Of a stretch of 64,000 bases of DNA, positions 61,265 through 64,000 are shown in pieces (positions within the stretch are counted from its first letter, which is position 1; every line of letters begins with the position of its first letter). The notes under the pieces were generated by a model. It was not told the origin of the DNA. It was given only the letters and a program-made list of their open reading frames with translations, and made no database searches. Both the position numbers and the translations under genes were made by a program. Source of the stretch: Schmidtea polychroa (Eukaryota); contig CM097885.1 in NCBI GenBank assembly GCA_044892525.1, positions 235,478,001-235,542,000 on the forward strand, read 5' to 3'.

Positions 61265-61666
61265 GTGTGGATGCTTCGAACACTGTTCTTAGTAAATCAT
61301 TACACTATTTTTAAATTCAATCTACTATACACAGAAAATGTTCACACTGCCCTTATTAGAGATTTACAGTCAAAGTTACACGACAAAATCAAAATATATC
61401 CGGTTCTATCAACAAACATCAAAATGAAATCTGAGCACACAATTTTGAGTTAATTACTTATGTTACCACAAAAAATTTCACGTGAATATTATGTTCAAAT
61501 TATATGCTTATAGCAGATTCAAATTGGAAATGGTGGAAATAAGCACTAAAAACCTAAATAAGTTTGTATAATTGTAATCAGTTAAACAAAGATTAAATTG
61601 TAATTCTGCTGATAAATAAATTTTAATACATTGTTTGAAGCTTCTTATTGTTATTAAAAATAAAAT

Positions 61667-62490
61667 TGTTGGGGTTAGCGCAAAACCAAAAAATTCATAG
61701 ATAAAAGGAAAACACAACAAATAATGGTAAAATCAATAAAAGTGCAAAATTAATTAAAATTTACTAAAAATCAAAATCAATATTGAAAAACCAATATCGG
61801 GTATGGTTGAATGCCAAATCGATAGACGAGTTCAGAAATTGTAATGAAAATTTAATAAGATGTTCACAAGGAAAGTTAATGTGAAAAACAAATTAATTAA
61901 AATTAATTAATCGGTAATGGAAAACCCGAACCAATGGGAACCCCGAGCCAATGGGAACCCCGAACCCATGGGAAACCCGAGCGCTGTAGGAAACTCGATG
62001 CACAATGAGACCCAAGCAGTGAGATAAAAGGAGGAATATTTTGAGTCCTAATCAAGGGTAAACAAATTAGGATAAACAAAAACCCCAAAATATTGATTTA
62101 GGATTCCCGGGAAGATAATTTAGCACAATTTTTTAGGTAATTGGTCTCTCATGAACAGTATAAAAAGATAGCTCAGAATTGAGCAAGCTGCCATTTGTTC
62201 GAAGAGAGAAAAGAAAGCAGAGAAGCAGAAATCCGGCGATCAGTAATTTAAAGGAGAAATATTAGGGGTAACAATTACTCGGCAAAATCAACTAACTGAG
62301 TTTTCGAGTATCTGTAAGGAAAATTAACCGAGTATTTCTAACAAAAACAACATATTTGTAATTCATATTGTTATGGGGGTTATGGTTGTTATTATAGTTA
62401 ATAGATTATTGTTTTTATTGCTATTATTGTTAATTATTGTTAATTTATGTTATTTTGTAGGAGAATTTGAAGAGCCCGATAGAGTCACCA
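61667..62490 (+). repeat. LTR of the 53907 family with expanded ~17-bp CCAAT-containing repeats (right end uncertain)
   Basis: Starts TGTTGGGG and shares AAAAGTGCAAAATTAATTAAAATTTACT. Four AATGGGAACCCCGA(G/A)CC-like units at ~61916-61983. Confidence 0.6.
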
Positions 62491-62625
62491 AAAAAAATGT
62501 GTTGGGACAATCGGGGTGCAGGCTGTGTGGTGATGAATAAAAATAAAAATAAATATAACAGTATAACAATTATGATACTAAAACTTTTATTTAACAATAC
62601 AAAAAAAATTAACCACTTTGTCCTC

Positions 62626-62914
62626 GAGGTTGCTTCAGAGATTAGTAGGTAATATCTTTCCTAATCTTTTACTGAATTAGTTTTGTCGGATTCTCTCCTC
62701 AGAGGTTGCTTCAGAGATTAATAGGTAATATCTTTTCTAATCTTTTACGGAATTAGTTTTGTCGGATTCTCTCCTCAGAGGTTGCTTCAGAGATTAATAG
62801 ATAATATCTTTTCTAATCTTTTACGGAATTAGTTTTGTCGGATTCTCTCCTCAGAGGTTGCTTCAGAGATTAATAGATAATATCTTATCTAATCTTTTAC
62901 GGAATTAGTTTTGT
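62626..62914. repeat. 76-bp tandem repeat, ~3.8 copies
   Basis: GAGGTTGCTTCAGAGATTA recurs at 62626, 62702, 62778 and 62854. Confidence 0.92.
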
Positions 62915-63316
62915 TCTAGTCTTCTAATATTCTTTTTTCCGTTTTAAAGGAATTGGTTTGATAATATTCTTTCCAATTTCTTCTAAATTTGTTTTCTTAT
63001 TCTTGTCTTAGTTACTTTTTGTTCTAAATTTTATTTGATTTCTTTATTGACTTTTTTTTAATTTTTAATTTACTATAGCGATAATTTACTATAGTAAATT
63101 ATCGCTATATAGTTTTTTATTAAAAATCTGGATTTCCCAGATGGTTGTATTTTATATCTTAGTATACACAATTCCTAATTGTGAATACTAAAATATTAAC
63201 AAAAATAACTGTACATTACACATATATTTTTATATTTTTAATTCATTATATATTATAGACTATAGAGTATAAAAAATAGTATATAATTGATGAGTGGAGT
63301 ATAGAATTATTTAACT

Positions 63317-64000
63317 TTATTTAAAAAATAATACTTTAAGAAAATTAGTGCATCTAATGATTCGAAGTTTAAACGGCTTCTTATTTTGGTCAAGAAATTT
63401 CCTGCTGTTGAGAAAACCCTTTCTGTAGCGGTAGATGTTGGTTATTAAGGCCTCGTATAATCGTTCAAGATTCTCCGTACGCTTTTTGGTTACATCTAAT
63501 ATTTTAAAATATAATTTTAAGTCTCTTATATTTTTTCCAGTATTAGAACTATTATTCATGACCAAAACGGACGAAATTGCCCTGTGCATGTCTTAATAAA
63601 GCTCATTTGTATCTGTTTCTTCCATTTCGAAGCAATCGTCTATTGACACGCTGTCACTACCAGCTTCTTCAGAAATAGCAGAAACCGGATATATTTTATT
63701 CAAAAGAACATTTGCAAATTCACAAACTGCAATTTTTGACGAATATGTAAAATCACCATTGGCTCGAGGCATTTTTCCACACTGGAGATATAGTAACAAC
63801 GTCATTACTGTTTCATTTCGTCTGTCGTTCATTCAAGTTTTTAATGCAGTTATTAATTCTTTGCTTAAACTAGTATTAATTTCATGAAGCTTTCCAAACA
63901 AAAATTTAAAAACATCTTCAGAAGTTAACAACGTAGCACTTTCTTTACTTAATTCGTTAACAGCCAATTCAGTCCATTTACTGATTTAATTTAGTTTCTG
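63317..64000 (-). pseudogene. Degenerate hAT transposase C-terminal region, runs off window
   Basis: RRNETVMTLLLYL and LERLYEALIT fragments, plus a frameshifted ERVFS-like region. Confidence 0.55.

Noticed and set aside
62626..62914. CRISPR-like array
   Set aside because: Units are contiguous 76-bp tandem copies without unique spacers, there are no cas genes, and the context is eukaryotic.

Overview
AT-rich eukaryotic (animal) DNA that is mostly transposon. The element families suggest a planarian-like flatworm, but that is inference only. (1) 1-13648: the 3' part of a giant Ty3/Gypsy-type LTR retroelement. Its Pol/integrase ORF is fused to two ankyrin-repeat modules and a type-I membrane tail. 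Five intronless accessory ORFs follow, including a complete RING-zinc finger-coiled coil-MATH TRAF homologue. A ~4.2 kb 3' LTR (TGTTGG...CCAACA) carries its own 253-aa ORF. The layout resembles the planarian 'Burro' giants. (2) 13648-24543: a near-perfect 4.27 kb inverted duplication carrying two identical intronless CDK-like kinase genes. A third, diverged non-RD paralogue lies at 37975-38994. (3) 25565-30257: a complete but inactivated Gypsy element with ~140-150 bp AGTTA...TAACT LTRs, a 5-bp TSD, a tRNA-Arg-like PBS and a -1 frameshift signal. (4) ~30500-31070: intronic box C/D snoRNAs (SNORD31-like and SNORD79-like guides) in a short-exon host transcript. (5) The remainder holds solo/inverted LTRs, a MULE, an intact hATm-like transposon, hAT/piggyBac/Helitron non-autonomous elements, pogo remnants, an actin pseudogene, microsatellites and a 129-bp hairpin.
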